A stretch of 64,000 nt of DNA from Azolla caroliniana (Eukaryota > Plantae > Polypodiophyta), in the NCBI GenBank assembly GCA_043228905.1, contig JBHGNT010000013.1:8060001-8124000 (forward strand). The letters run 5' to 3'. Position numbers and translations under genes: made by a program. Numbering within the stretch: position 1 is the first letter of the stretch; each line of letters opens with the position of its first letter. The notes beneath the pieces were generated by a model. It saw only the letters and a list, made by a program, of their open reading frames with translations. It had not been told where the DNA came from and ran no database searches. Positions 13,801 through 27,252 of this stretch are shown piece by piece.

Positions 13801-14410
13801 GCATAATGATGATACTTCTCTGGAAGTTGAACGGTGGATTCCTCTTTAGTGGTGCTGGAGGGTTTTACTGATATTGCGAAGAGGAACATTTCTTCCTTGC
13901 GTCCTCCCTCACGCAACTGATGTAGTGAAATCGTTGCAATCTCATGAGTAGACCCTCGGGCTTTTCGATGCCGGATTTCTCTTGTCCGCCAATGTATGTC
14001 TGGGTTATGTAATTCAAACCATGGTAATCCTAAGACAATGGGGTGTTCTGGGATGCTAATTATATTAAATGATACGACACATGCTAGATTATCTAGGACA
14101 ATATTAATGGGCTCTGACTCTTCTATGATATTTCCTGAGGCAATGGGACGACCATCGATGACTACTACAATGGCAGGACACGGGATTTTTCTAAGAGATA
14201 TCTGATGAGCTTGGGCAAATTTCCTATCCATGAAGCAAGAATTAGCTCCGGAATCTAGAAGTGCTAAGACATGTACTGGAGGAGTACTTTTAGTACTAAC
14301 TGTTACTTGGGCTACAAACATATTGCTAACTTGCTTAGAGGGAATGGAACCACTAATGGGTTGCACAGATCTAGGGCTCTCCAACCAAACGACTCCTATT
14401 TTGGTTGGAC
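10860..14410 (-). pseudogene. Element B pol (PR-RT-RH-INT-chromodomain) with frameshifts
   Basis: LLDSGANSCF, IYLDDLL, ETDTSEFALG, HPQTNGQAER, GPF and chromodomain EYEVAAILDSK..YLVNWLGY..TWEP. Confidence 0.93.
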
Positions 14411-15550
14411 TTAGTCGTTTAACTCTTTTTCTAATTGACTAAGGACATCAAATTTGTTCCCTAGATTTGGGCTATTAGTACTATTAGGACTATCAGATAT
14501 CCCTACTGAAATAGACTTGGGTTTAGTACAATCAACACTAGCAACTATTTGGTTTACCTGCCTTCTTGGCCTATGGGGACAGTTTACCGCGATATGCCCT
14601 GGTCCACCGCAATAAAGACATAGTCGGTTTGCTCGACGTCGTTGCTTTTCTTCTTCCGATTGCGGTCCACGATGACGTGTGGGGTCAATTTCCATCGGAG
14701 TTGGAGTACTTACTGGAGGCGCATTATATGACTTCCTTGGAAAAGGTTTCGCTACCACTGAGGCATATGTAGGCTTTGATCTTGCCGTTGGAATCTGGAA
14801 TTGTCGTTTCGAACGTCGTTCGAAGAGGTAGTTGTCGCATCTCACCGCGCGACTAATTGCTTCTGTTAATGACTTTGGCTCTTCGGGGAAGGTCAAGAGT
14901 AAATCCTTGACATCGTTGCGTAAGCCATAATGGAATTGCTCCATCAATGCGTGATCATCCCAAGGGATATCGGCAACGAGTAGGCGGAAATCTGCGTATG
15001 CGGAGGCTGGATGATCACCTTGGAGTAATCACCGTATTTTGTTGATTGCAGTCCTTATGCTGTCAGTATCTCCAAAACAGGCCTTAAACTCAGTTATAAA
15101 TTCTTCAAAACTATTTAGTAATGGAGATTCCTTTTCCAACAATGGATCAAACCATGCTAACGCTGAACCACTAAGGAGAGTGCCTACTAGTCCCACTCGT
15201 GATGCATTGGTGGGATATCGAGAAGGATGCATTTGTATCACTAAACGTACCTGATTCAAAAACCCTCTAAACTGTGATTGGGTCCCATCAAATTTTGCAG
15301 GAAGACCAATCTTGGGTTCTTTGTGAATCCCTTGAGTGCTTGATCCTTGTTGTTGTAATGATATGATAGTCGCTTCGAGTTGTTGTGCACGTAACGTCAG
15401 CTCCCCATGTTGTTGTTGTTTTTCCAGCACTATTTGTTGAAGATCCCCCAACAAATGATGATTTTCTTGTTCTAGTGCTACAAATTTCTCTTTTAAGGAC
15501 TGGTGCTCTGAGAAAACAGATTGGTATTCCTGAGCGCTAACAGTTTCCAT
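14411..15550 (-). pseudogene. Element B gag (stop at 15029 plus frameshift)
   Basis: EPKIGLPAKFDG, PTPMEID, CLYCGGPGHIAVNC knuckle. Confidence 0.92.
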
Positions 15551-16080
15551 TTTACTAGGGAGGATAAAAGGATTAATAAGAAGATAAAAGGAAGAGGAGG
15601 AAAGGAAGATACAGAAGGAAGATCGACCAACAAAATCAGTTCAAATTGTTAGGAACAATACTAAGATAGAGAAGGAATTAGTACTAAAAGAAGTATTAGT
15701 ACTAAGAGAGGTGAAGAACTCTCGAGAGAAGGAAAGAGTGAGTGAGAGGAGGGAGGGAGAGAGAGATCGAGAGAGAGTGAGAGTGATGATAAGAAAAGAT
15801 ATATATTATGTGAAGAGAATGTACAGTAGCAGCTAGGAGGCTTAAGACTAGCGTTGAACCGATTTGGTTTGAAATAATTCCTTGTGCCTCCTTTTATAGT
15901 GTTCTAAGCAATACTCCTGAAGTTTCTAGAATGTTCTAGAGAAATCTAGAATATACATCAATTTTCTATAATAAAACATAAATGAAAATAATATTCTGTG
16001 TATTACAATGTATGGTCTAATGGTCAAGAGCTCGACCCATGTAGCATAAGCATGGGTTCGAGTCTTGCCATATCATGACA

Positions 16081-17386
16081 TCGGCCATACCAGCAACGAC
16101 AGCTACTTGGGCGCGTGTGAGGAAATCCATTAACTCACTCATATGTTGTGCCCAACTGAAGTAGTGCACTGAACTTGTATGCCTCCACGGGAAGATCTTT
16201 GTAACCGAGGACTTCCTCCTTTGATATCTGCATGGTTTGTCCATGCTCGATCCTACCGACTTGGAGCCATGACTCCATTGGTACCATGGCCGTGGAGGTC
16301 GTGCTGGTCTCTTTTGATTTTTGATGCTGTGTGTCCTCAGTTTCTGTGGTTGATTCTCGATTGATGTAGCGTCTCTTTCACGACTGATGTTGTGAGTCCG
16401 GGGCCGGTGGTGTTGGGCTCCTCGGCTTGTTTCCCCTTTTGTTGCCGTATGCCCGAGGGCTGCTGGTTTGTGTAGCGTGGGCTCGGTTGTGGAGAGGGCA
16501 TCGATGTCCTTGGTGGCTTCTGTCGTATGGTGACATCCTCAGTGATGGGCTCCTCGAGTTTGTCCCATTCGACACAGGTCACTGTTAACGCCTGTTGCTT
16601 CTGTGTTTTTGGTGGGGGTGGTGCCGAGGCGGAAGTAGGGTTCCGAACGGCCGAGGGAGGTGGAGAAGGTGAGGGGTCTTCCCATTCTTCCTGGGTTAAC
16701 GCCAAAATCTTCTCCCGTTGTTTCCGTGGTGGTGGTGGGGAGGTCAGGATGCGACGAGGGGAAACTGAAGGAGGTGGGTAGAGGACTTTGAGGAAATGAT
16801 TAATCACAAGCAACAATCGCTTAATGGTTTGAAAAGATTCGAGCGCCGCATGGACTCCTTCGCCGGTGATGATTCCCCAATCGATTTTGTCGCCTTCGTA
16901 CACTCTGATGATGATGGCAACTTTATTCTATGGCATACTCATAGGATTTGTATGCACAAATGCATATTCCATCAAAATCCGGGCGATCTCCCCAAAAGCC
17001 TTGTTTGGCCCTTCGTACATGCGGTAAACTTTTCCCGACATCGAATACATCCCAAAATATTCCTTGAGGGTCAAGTGGTCCCCGCCTTGCACAAGGTCCA
17101 GAGTAGCGCAAATCATGTTGTTGGTTACGGTGTCAGGGTGTATTCTGCGTGCTATTGCTGGGGCGTCCAGGTGCGTTGGGACGTTGATGACCCGTAAGTA
17201 CCTACCCAATCCTCGTTGCTGGAGCCAAGAACGGGTTTCGTGCGATGCTGTGAGAGGCATCATGGACTCGAAGGTTTGCTGATAGAGGGCGTGAGGGGAA
17301 GTGAGGAGATGCGGGCGAGAGGAGGCTTGTTTGCAGGAGTGATTAGAACAAGAGAGAGCTTGGGAGCTTGAAGGCGGTGAAGGCAA
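16081..17386 (-). pseudogene. Element A extra 3' ORF, N-terminal part
   Basis: LKEYFGMY and KIDWGIITGEG align with LQKYF.DY and KVDWAVLIADG in the element C extra ORF. Confidence 0.65.
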
Positions 17387-17705
17387 GAACGTTGCTGTGT
17401 GAGTGAGTGTGTTGTGTGTGTGGGGTAGTTTCTTTTATGTGACTGCCTAGGGTTTTGTGCAGGGAGAAGATCCTTTAGATTCTTGGTTGTGGCTACCAGA
17501 ATAAGGTATTATGGCCATGCATCCCAGGAGTGCTATGTCTGATGTCCATGCTCCTTAAATATTCTATTTTAAAGTGAAGGTGACTAGTTGGTGCGCCTCA
17601 GAAAATGTCGTGATCTGGGGTGATTAGTTAGGTAGTTTTAGGTAAGGCTAATTTAATTGCTAAAAACCATTCCTACCATATACATTTGGTGGGTAGGTCA
17701 TTAAT

Positions 17706-19991
17706 TTACCGATGGGGACACGTGGCCTCCTTTGTGACGTCGTCTGTGCACTGGTCCGTACCGTGGGACTCGGCGAAGGGATTATCTGGGGTATTCTCGT
17801 GGTAAGGTCGAAGTCGGAATCCATTTACCCAGCTTTTGACGATGTCTCCGGCAAGTGTGCCGAGTTGGAATGTGGCTGGTGCCGTTTTTAATCCGAACAT
17901 CATTACCTCGGCCATGAAGACACCCCATTCTGTGACAAGCGCCGTTTTCTCATGATCGTCCGGGTGCATTCTGATTTGATTATAGCCACTGAACCCATCC
18001 AGGAAACTGTAGCATTCATGACCAGCCACAGTGTCGAGGACACTATCCGTGAACGGAAGAGGAAACCCATCCGTGACTGTCGCGGCATTGAGTTTGCAGT
18101 AATCAACGCAAACACGGATTTTCCCATTTTTTTTGGGGACGACGACGATTGGGCTTAACCATGTGGCTCTTTTTACTGGGCGTATAAAGCCTACTCGAAG
18201 GAGTTTGTCGATTTCCTCTTTGACCTTAGCCGCGTAGTTGGGGTTTATACGGTACCGTCGTTGTTGGATCGGCCGAGTGTCCGGCAAGAGATGTACTTGG
18301 TGTTGGTAAAATTGGGGATCCAATCCCTTCATATCAGTGTAAGACCATGCGAATACATCTTGATACTCCGTGAGCAGGTGTATCAAGGCTAACCATTCGT
18401 AGTTCTCGTCGGAGTCGAGGTTCAGTGACTCGAGTGTTGATGCTTTGACTCGCTAGGAGATGGCGAGTTCTCGTTCAAACACGTCCTGAGCTTGTAGTAA
18501 TTCTGCGATAGTTGTGGAATCGGCCTCGTCCTGGGGAAGTGAATCTGCCGTGACATCCTCGTCTGGTTGTGTGTCGAAACCCAAGATGGCGTTTATTTCG
18601 AAGAGGGGTATGATAGTGGGATGATCTTCCAGGAAGTCATCCACCTCCTCGCTGGCTAAGCCGTCGAGCATGTGTACCCCTTCCGCGTATAAGGGTGTGG
18701 TGTTGTGGGGCGTGGTTAGGCGTTCTTCTGTTATTACCCGTACCTTGGTCTTCCCCCGACGGAAAGAGATCATATTCCACTGCCAAATGTTGTTCAATAT
18801 TTGTTGTGTGTAGCCAGGGTCGGCCAAGCAGCATTGGGTAAGCACCCGGAGCTTCGAGGCGTAACACGACTGCCGAGATAGTGAACATGTAGCCGCGTAT
18901 CGGCCATCCGAAGCCAAAAGGGGCAAGGTTCCCATTGGTTCAGGCCGAGTGTGTGACATGTGGCCTCGCTAATGAAATTCATGTCGGAGCCACCGTCGAT
19001 TATGCATCCATGAAGGTCGCATCCTTTTATCATGATTTTCACGGCTGGATTTTGGGAATCCATGATGGGTGGGCCCATCTCTGGCTCTGTCAGGTTAACA
19101 AGGGGTGCGACCGATTTGTCGTTAGTCGTGAGCGTAGCCAAGGTATCCCGAAAGCGCGACATGAGCGGTAAAAGCTTATGCAATGGCAGCCAGATCCTAG
19201 AACTGGTAAGGGCTTCCCACAGATGGTCATCTTCTACCCGGTGGATGGTCCTGCAAGTGGTGGTGCGCCGATGGTCACGTCCTACATCTCTGTGTGCATC
19301 CGTTCCACGTTGCTTTTATTGACGGTCTCAATCCATTCCTTGGCTGCTTGTCAGACGTCATCTTGTTCTTGCCATTGGCTGGCTTGGGTCTTGCTATGTG
19401 TAGTGACGTGTTGAACGTCGGCCATAATAGTATTCACGGCCGGGGCCTTGCCGCGGTCCGTGGTTGGGCATTGGATAGCGTAGTGGCCAGGTTGGTTACA
19501 CTTAAAGCAGGTAACGGATGCTGAGTTGCTGGTTTCACCGTGCTCAGTGTGTGGGAAAGGTTGTGAGTGGTTCCCGACCGCTTGTGTAGGCATGTTGGCC
19601 TGTGGCCTGTGGTACGTTGTGTGGGACATTTGGAGGGGGGTCCCGACGATGATTGTCGTTTTGCCATCGATTGTTCCGCGAACCTCTGTAAGAGTTTCTT
19701 CTACCGTTTCTTGAATACCGCTGATCGTGTCGGTCATCCCGGTCATACTCATCGTTTGCTCTATATTGGTCATCGCGGTCTTGGTCATGATGGTCGTCCG
19801 ATCTCTTGCGGTTGTCATGGCGGTAGCGGTCGTCGTCGCGGTGCTAACGATCTAGGGATCGTGGTCGCTCGTTCTCCCGATGTCGGTATGACTGACGTTC
19901 GTCCTGCCATGAGTAAGTATTTCGAGGCTCGATCTGGTGAACCGGAGCCGTCGTTGTGCAGTTGAGCATGTTGTATTCGCATTGTTCGACA
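17706..19991 (-). pseudogene. Element A gag C-terminus, protease and partial RT, fused by deletion to the integrase C-terminus
   Basis: CFKCNQPGHYAIQC, IIDGGSDMNFI, FLDGFSGYNQI, then APATFQ joined directly to LGTLAG..VNGFRLRPY near 17866. Confidence 0.9.
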
Positions 19992-20443
19992 TGTTAATCA
20001 TTAGGGCCAAACAATGGCCTAACACAGGGTGTCTCCGGAAGACACTTCACCAAAGGGGTGTTACGGCGAGATAACTCAAGACACAACGATTAATCCGACT
20101 TAATTGGCTACTTAGCAATAAGGCATTCACTTAATACACGTGTAAGATATAACAATTAATACAGAACGGTAATCAATACTTGAAGATAAAACAAGAAGCT
20201 TATATTAATTCTCCGTTAAAGTTATACATTGTAACCAGGCCTTTATATAGGTCATCGGTGCGGCTTACAAAAACGGTGCCAACTGGCACCTGTTCGAAAC
20301 TGGTCCGGATCCGGATCGGCATACCGATTCCGGTCTGTTCGTTCACTACATAATTATAATCTACTTTACTTAATTAAAATGTATTCCGAATAACCATCCC
20401 TTTCACATTCTGGTCTCCGCTCCTTTGCCAGCCGGGTAACACA

Positions 20444-20460
20444 TGGCACGCCCGTGGGAC
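20444..20460 (+). promoter_or_regulatory. Inverted PBS-like site at the PPT position of element C
   Basis: TGGCACGCCCGTGGGAC, 2 nt from the 3' LTR. Confidence 0.75.
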
Positions 20461-20494
20461 AATACCTTGTACATCGAATCCCACTATTCGGCCC

Positions 20495-22770
20495 TTAGCC
20501 TTCGTCTAAGATATCCAGAATACTCTGCTCCAAGGTATCCAATGGTTGTTCGGGTCTCTGTTGTTGTTGTTGTTGTTGTGGCTGCGGCTCCTCCGACTGT
20601 TGCTCCTGAGAGGGCGTCTGTTGGGATCCTGGTACCGACGGTTGTGGCGGTGATTCCTCCGTTAGTTGCTCCACCGGATTTGACTCCGGTTGACTCACCC
20701 CGGCCTTGTCTCCATCCGGTCCTTGCTCCGGTGATGGCTCCTTATCGCTGAGGTTGACGGTCGCCGCCTGCTTTGCTTCTTCTCTCCATAGTCTTGTCCG
20801 CTCATAGCTCTCAAACTGGATTTGAGCATCCAGTCGATCATCATCGAGCTGTGCTACAAGTTGCCGGACCACTGCTGACTGCTCCTCTGCGAGAGTTACA
20901 AAATCTTCGGTTAACTCATCTCTCACGGTGGTGAAGTCCTCCTTCGTTAGCATGTAGCAGTCGTTGCCATCCCTCTGCCGGTTTTCTTCAAGTCCCGCTC
21001 TCGGGTGCGTAATGCTTCCTGTGCGGCCAGTTCATCTCTTCATTCAACAATCTCTTTTGCTTGCGCCGCCACTATCTCCGGGACTGTTTCCGTCTCCGAG
21101 ATCTTATTGCTATGTACAGGTGCTAGTGCTTCTTTATTATGTAGATCGACCGGGGTCACCGGTGCTTGGAGCTATGGTCCGGTTAAGGCCATTTTGGCCA
21201 ATTCTTCTGTGGCAAGGTCCAAGTCTTGTTCTAGGCTCCGGATCCTTGACTAGGACGTCTCTAGTTCTCCGGTTGTGATGAGCAACCGGTCCATTTGCGC
21301 TTTCTATTCCGCCTCGATGTAGTGTACCACTCCGGCAATCTGTTCTCTAATCCACCGGAGCCATTGGCTGTTGGTGCCCTGTTGTTGCATCTGCCCGGAG
21401 GGTTGGCTGTTGGTGTCGCTGGCCAGTGGTCGGTTTTGTCCAGTTGCGTCGAGCTGCAACTCTGGCTCTTGTTGGTGACCACTCTGCCGTTCCGGTTGCG
21501 ATTCCGTTGGCCGCTCCGCTTCTGAATGCTCTTGGCCTGCCGGTGGGATTGGCAACTGTACTTCCGACGCTTGCATTTCGGGTCTTGCCGTATCCTGACC
21601 CGCCGGTAGAGGTTGTTGTGCAGGGAGCTCTATGACCGGTTCCATCCTTGGTGCAGGCTGCTCAGGGCGGGGTACAAACGGTCCATCATTCTTTGGGTCC
21701 AAACGCTCCCCAACCTGTTCGGAGGTGCTCTAACGGTTCCTCCTCCTGAGTCCCGATGTTGATTTTCGCTGCCAAGGGGTTCGGTGCTTGTTGAATCGGT
21801 CGGTTAAGCCTGATCTTGATTGGCCATACCAGTGGCTCCTCCTACGTTTCCGCCTGCCCTTTCCTATTGGCGCGCTCCTTTGCCGCCTGGTCCATGTTGG
21901 TCGCCTTCCCTTTAGTTGCCGTTTTCGGGTTGCCTTCTGTTATTCTTCCCCGCTTCGTGATCTTGACGGGCTCGATAGGTGGCACCAATAGGGTGAGCCA
22001 TTGTGCCACCGCCGTCCATATCTTCCGACCCTCCTTTCCTCTAACAGAGTCGATGGCCGCACAGAGGCCATCCGCAATCAGTACCGCCCAGTCCACCTTC
22101 AGGCCTGCATATGTGGCTATGATTAAGCCGGCCCGGTTCTGGGGCATGCAAGGGGGTCGAGGGTACACATGTCCAAATTCATGGAGCACACGAGCAATCT
22201 CTCGAAAGAGTGGATCTTCGCCGCCCTGTGTCGTGTAGGCAAAGCATTCTGTAGGTATATAATCTAATGTGCACTTTCCGCATCCTACAGGACTTGAACC
22301 TGTGACCTTCAACTTAGAAGGTTGTTGCTCTATCCGACTAAGCTAAGGATGTTGTGCATTATAAGCACTTCTAGGATTTTCAGTGAAGTCAAGTAAAACT
22401 TGCTTGCCTTTTCGCCGAAAAAGCAATAGAAAAAAGTTATGAATACAAGAAAGAAGAAACCGCAAAATATTTTTGGAGCTGTTCTGGGGTAGGGTTGATG
22501 ATATTGAAGATTCCCCCTTCCGGAAGGCCAATCAACGCATGGATGGCCTCCTTAGTAATCAGCTCCATGTCGATTTCTTTGACGATCTTCTCTGCCTCCT
22601 GGTGCAGTAGCGCCTCCATGATGGTGAGGAAACCCTCTAAGCCGTGTTGCCTTAGCTGCTTCAGAGAGTGCTTGGCAGTCCATGGCTTCGTCGAGGTTGG
22701 TGAGCGCTAGTGAGGGTTTTGTGTGAGGAGTCTCTGTGTGCGTGGGCTCGCGTCTGTTGATCTTCAATCA
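20495..22770 (-). pseudogene. Element C extra 3' ORF, fragmented
   Basis: Fragments 22437-22619, 21842-22264, 21304-21702 and 20495-20953; ends EQSILDILDEG. Confidence 0.7.
22279..22352 (-). tRNA. trnR: tRNA-Arg(UCU), organelle (mitochondrial)-type, within a ~200-bp insertion (about 22265-22462)
   Basis: ACATCCTTAGCTTAGTCGGATAGAGCAACAACCTTCTAAGTTGAAGGTCACAGGTTCAAGTCCTGTAGGATGCG folds as a cloverleaf: acceptor CATCCT/AGGATG, anticodon stem CAAC/GTTG around TCT, T arm ACAGG-TTCAAGT-CCTGT. Confidence 0.88.
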
Positions 22771-23283
22771 CCTGTCTGTGTTTGTGCTCCTCTGTTCGCG
22801 AAATGTGAGGGTTTCTATGTGGCGGGGGTCTTCTTGTTGCATGTTGGCGCTTGTTTTTTTTCTTACCGGCGCGTGTGCACGTCGTGTACTAAAATAGAAT
22901 GTCGTGCCATGTGGCGGTGGTTTAATACCCTATTAATAGCCCACTACGTACCTTTTCAAAGTGCCTGTTGACTCCTTGTTTTTGCATGTGTCCGTTCACC
23001 CCTCGCCCTTGCATGATTTACTTTGATTTGATTTCATTTCATTTCGTTTTTTTATTTATATTTTATTTATTTTATTATTATTATAATAAAACAAGATAAA
23101 GATGGTTTTGTTAATTCGCATCCGGTCCTACTGGACCCCTATCCGGTCACGTTGGACGGCTTGCCGTTGCGTCGTTGTTGTCGTTTGCCGGCTCGTGCTC
23201 CCTCTTACCGGCTTCCCGCTTGCTGATTAGTGAACGTGTTGCCATCTCTTCCGACTTACCGGTGTCTGGTTCTGTGTCGTCCT

Positions 23284-26200
23284 TTACTTGTTAAAATGGA
23301 TTTCTTGGAATGGGTCCATTGTATGGTTAGAGTCGGAACCCATTAAAATTTTTGCCGTGGATGCCGTGGTGTTGTCGCGCAGTGCTTTTGCTTCCACCCA
23401 TTTCGTGCAGTAATCCGTAGCGACGATCACGTACCGGTTGCCAGTTCTCATTGTCGTTGGTTTGAACGGACCAACAAAATCTAGCCCCCATTTCTGAAAT
23501 GGTTCTAATGGTAGCACGTGCTGGTGAGGCATTCTGGCTTGTTCGGTTGGTTGGCCCATTCGTTGACATAGGTCGCATTCTTTAGCGTACCGGATTGCAT
23601 CTTTCAATGTTGTTGGCCACCATAGTCCACTCTGCCATATTTTCCTTGCCGTCGCGTCTCCGGCATAATGTCCTCCAGCCACGCCGCAGTGTGCCTCGCG
23701 CAATATTATTTCCTTTTCGTCGCTGCGCACTACACGCCGCCATATGCCATCTGCGCCTTTGCGGTACAGTGTGTCCTGCAATAGACAGAAGTGCCGGCTT
23801 TGAACCGCTAAGCAAACCCTTTTGTCTCTGTTCATCTCCTTCGGAGGTAAACCGGTGCTCAAAAATTGGTGCATGTTGGCGAGCCACTTGTCTTCCTCTG
23901 CGACTGAACTATCCGTTGCCGTTTCTGCTGTGACTCTAAACAGCTCTGCATCCGGAAAGTCGTCTGGGACTCCGTCACCGGTTTCACTGGAATCCAACCG
24001 GCTTAAATAGTCCGCTACCGCATGTTGTATGCCGGGTCGGTGGAATATCTCGAACTCGAATTCTTGCAGTAGTAACGTCCACCGGGTCAGCTTACCGATG
24101 AGTGATGCTTTGGACACCAAATAGAGGAGCGCCGAATGATCTACGTGAAAGGAAAATTTCCTTCCCAACAGATAGTGTCTAAACTTGGTGACACTGTAGA
24201 TCATACCCAAAGCCTCCCTTTCCGTCGTGGAATAATTACGTTCCGCTTGGGACAGCTTTCGGCTGGCATAATAGATTGGCCGGTACCATTTTGGTTCTGC
24301 AAGTTGCATTAGTGCGCTCCTGATTGCAATTTCAGACGCATCAATGAACCATGGAACTCTTTGGACCAATCCGGAGGTTGCACCACCGACGCTTGTGACA
24401 ACAGCACTTTTAGTGCTCGGTAAGCCTGGTCTTCTGTGTCCATCCATCAGAATGGTGTTTGATGAACCGCGGCATGCAGTGGTGTAGCCAGGTCTGCCAG
24501 ATATTGGAGCATTCGGCTATGCCGCCGAATTTGTCCTAAGAACCGAATTAGTGCCTTTGTCGTGGCTGGTGCCGATGCCTTCAAGATTGCTTTTACTTTG
24601 TCCGGATCCATTGCGATATCGTCCTTGCTTACTATATGGCCTAGTAACGCTCTGCTGGTTACTCCGAACACGCATTTTGCCGGGTTCAAGCTTAGTCGGT
24701 AAACCCTACATTTTTCTAGGCATAGTTGGAGGTGCTGAAGGTGATCCCCTTCCTGGCTATAAATAGCAAAGTCATCCAAGAACACCTGCATGAATGCCGG
24801 AATGAAATCCCCGGAAATTTCCATGATGATCCGCTGAAATTTACATCATCACTATGGCAACAAAGACTCCCCATTCGGTGACAAAAGCGGTTTTCTCCTG
24901 GTCGGCGGGGTGCATCCGGATCTGATTACACCTTATGACCGGCGACCACATCCAGGACTCCATCTGTGAATGGAAGTGGGAAGGCGTCCGTTATCGTAGC
25001 CGCATTCAATTTCCGATAGTTGACACACACTCTGATCTTACCGTTCTTTTTGTGTACTACGACTATCGGGTTGAGCCATGTGGCTTTCTTTACCGGTCGG
25101 ATGAAGCTTGCTCTTAGCAACTTGTCGATTTCTTCTTTGAATTTTGCTGCGTAATTCGGGTTCATCCGGTAACGCCGTTGCGCTACCGGTTTGGCGTCTT
25201 TACTCAGATGTATCTGGTGTTGATATAACTGAGGATCGAGTCCTGACATGTCCTCGTAGGACCAGGCGAACACATCGCGAAATTCTTTTAGGAGTGTGAT
25301 CATTGCCATTTTGTTCTTCGAAGTCATTTCCTTGGCGATGTGCACCGGTCTTGTGTCCTCTCTGGTGCCTCTACTAGTTGGGATGCTTTCATGCGCTGTG
25401 ATATTGCCATTTCTTTCTCCAGTGCCTCCTGTGCTTGCCATAATTCCTGGATTGCTTCTTTATCCGGTTTCTCGTCGATCTCGTCCGGTTGCAGTATGTA
25501 TGGTGACACTGCTTCAGCTACATCAATCTTGAACAAAGGTACGATCTTCGGATTTTCCTGTAAGTATTGATCGACCTCTTCGTCCGCCAATCCTTCCAAT
25601 ATGTTGACACATTCCGCATATAGCGGCATTGATTCCTTTCCAGTACCGGATCGTGGTTGAGTCAGTACTCGTACTTTCGCTTTTCCACGTCGGAACGTAA
25701 TTATATTCTTCCTCTAGTTTTGCTTTATGTGTGCTGTTTTTAACCAAGGGCGTCCCAAAAGTAGTGGGTACGCTCCCTGAGCTTGTAGCTAGAGAACACT
25801 ACGGAAATGCGAAATGTGTGACCCCCGATGGTCACTTCTAGATCGCGTATTAATCCGGCCGGCCGTACTGAGCTAGTGTCCGCCATCCGAAGCCAAAATG
25901 GGCATGGTTCCCAGTCTTGGATTCCTAGCGTGTTACACGTTCAGAGGCTGATCACATTCAAGCCAGATCCTCCATCGATAATCGTGCACGGTAGCTCCTT
26001 TCCCTTCACGATGGCTGTGATTGCTGGATTGCTTGTGTCCACCACTGTCGGTCCTTCCTCCGGATTTGAAAAGAATGCTGGAGCCGGTGATGTGTCAACT
26101 ACCGTCCTTCCGGTCTTCAGTCCTTCTGTGAAGCGTGGTACCAATTGCAATAGCCGGCCTAGTGGCAGCGTTATTTGGCATTCTTGTAATGCCTACCAGG

Positions 26201-26879
26201 TTGGGTTTTCGGGCTGCCCTAGGCTGGTGAGCTCTCCGGCATTCTCTTTTTGTTGTTCGAGCTCTGCCGCATTCCGCTCATTTGCCTTCTTCACCCATTC
26301 GGTTGCCTGCTTCTGGATGGCTTCTTGAGTTTCCCACTCCGTGGCTTTGCCTTTTGATCTTGTAGTGACTTGTTGTATGTCCGCGACTTCCGCATCTACC
26401 ATGTTCACCGTTGGTCGCTTGTCGTAGCTCTTTGCCGGACATTGATTACTATAGTGGCCTTCTTGCCGGAAATAATAGCAGTACGACTTCCGTGCGTTGC
26501 TGGATTCGACGTGTGTGGTTGGTGGAGGACCGGGGGTAAGTGCTTGGATTTGGTCTGGTTGGCTACTCAGAGCGCCCTTTTTCGGTTCTCGTGGATGTCC
26601 CCCCTTTTTGTTGAAATGACGTTTCTTACTGAAATTCCTTTTGTTGCAATAACATTGACGGTGTTGGTCGTCATACTTGCCATAGTCGTCCCTTCGGTGG
26701 TTGTAACCAGGGGAGTGATCCCGGTTGTATATCTCGTACCGTCCATTATAGTCCCGATATCTATCCCGTCTGTCATACCGGTCATAAGCGTCTCTTCGAT
26801 CGCTGTACTAGACATCTTGTGCCGGTCGGTAGCGCTCCTCTCACCGCCAACGTTCTTCTTCTTCCTCCTGGTTGCTCTG
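23284..26879 (-). pseudogene. Element C gag C-terminus and pol (PR-RT-RH-partial INT)
   Basis: [52 protein letters not shown]; integrase core deleted near 23345. Confidence 0.92.
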
Positions 26880-27252
26880 TGTTGTCTGTCTGGCCGGACT
26901 AGCCTCAACACAGGTGTCTATCCGACACTTCTCCAAAGGGGTGGTAAGGATTGGATGCTAGGTTACACGCGTAAGATGATTACAATTAAGCACAGACGGT
27001 AAACAATACGAGATACAGATAAACACGCAATAATTACTATTGTATTACTTTCTGTCCCCTTTACAAATCATCGGATCCTTTTATAGGCATCCGGCAAGGT
27101 TACAATCGGTGCGCTTAGGCAATCGACATCCGAATCGGTACAACTGTACCGGATCCGTCCCTCCGAATAATAATTCTACTATTATTTACTTCCTATTATC
27201 TGATCCGATTCCGCCTTCCCACTTGTCCTTGCTCTTCTGATCGGCCAACACA

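Larger units (their letters stand above)
10402..16080 (-). mobile_element. Element B: Tcn1-like chromovirus (Ty3/gypsy), degenerate
   Basis: LTRs 10402-10836 and 15647-16080; PPT AAAGGGGGGATAT (minus, 10837-10849); gag, PR, RT, RH, INT and chromodomain; no clean TSD. Confidence 0.93.

Noticed and set aside
22279-22352. Element-encoded primer tRNA
   Set aside because: Its 3' end (GTAGGATGCG) is not complementary to either PBS motif
22436-22462. Naming the organelle gene ending VSSFLYS
   Set aside because: Too short to identify without a search
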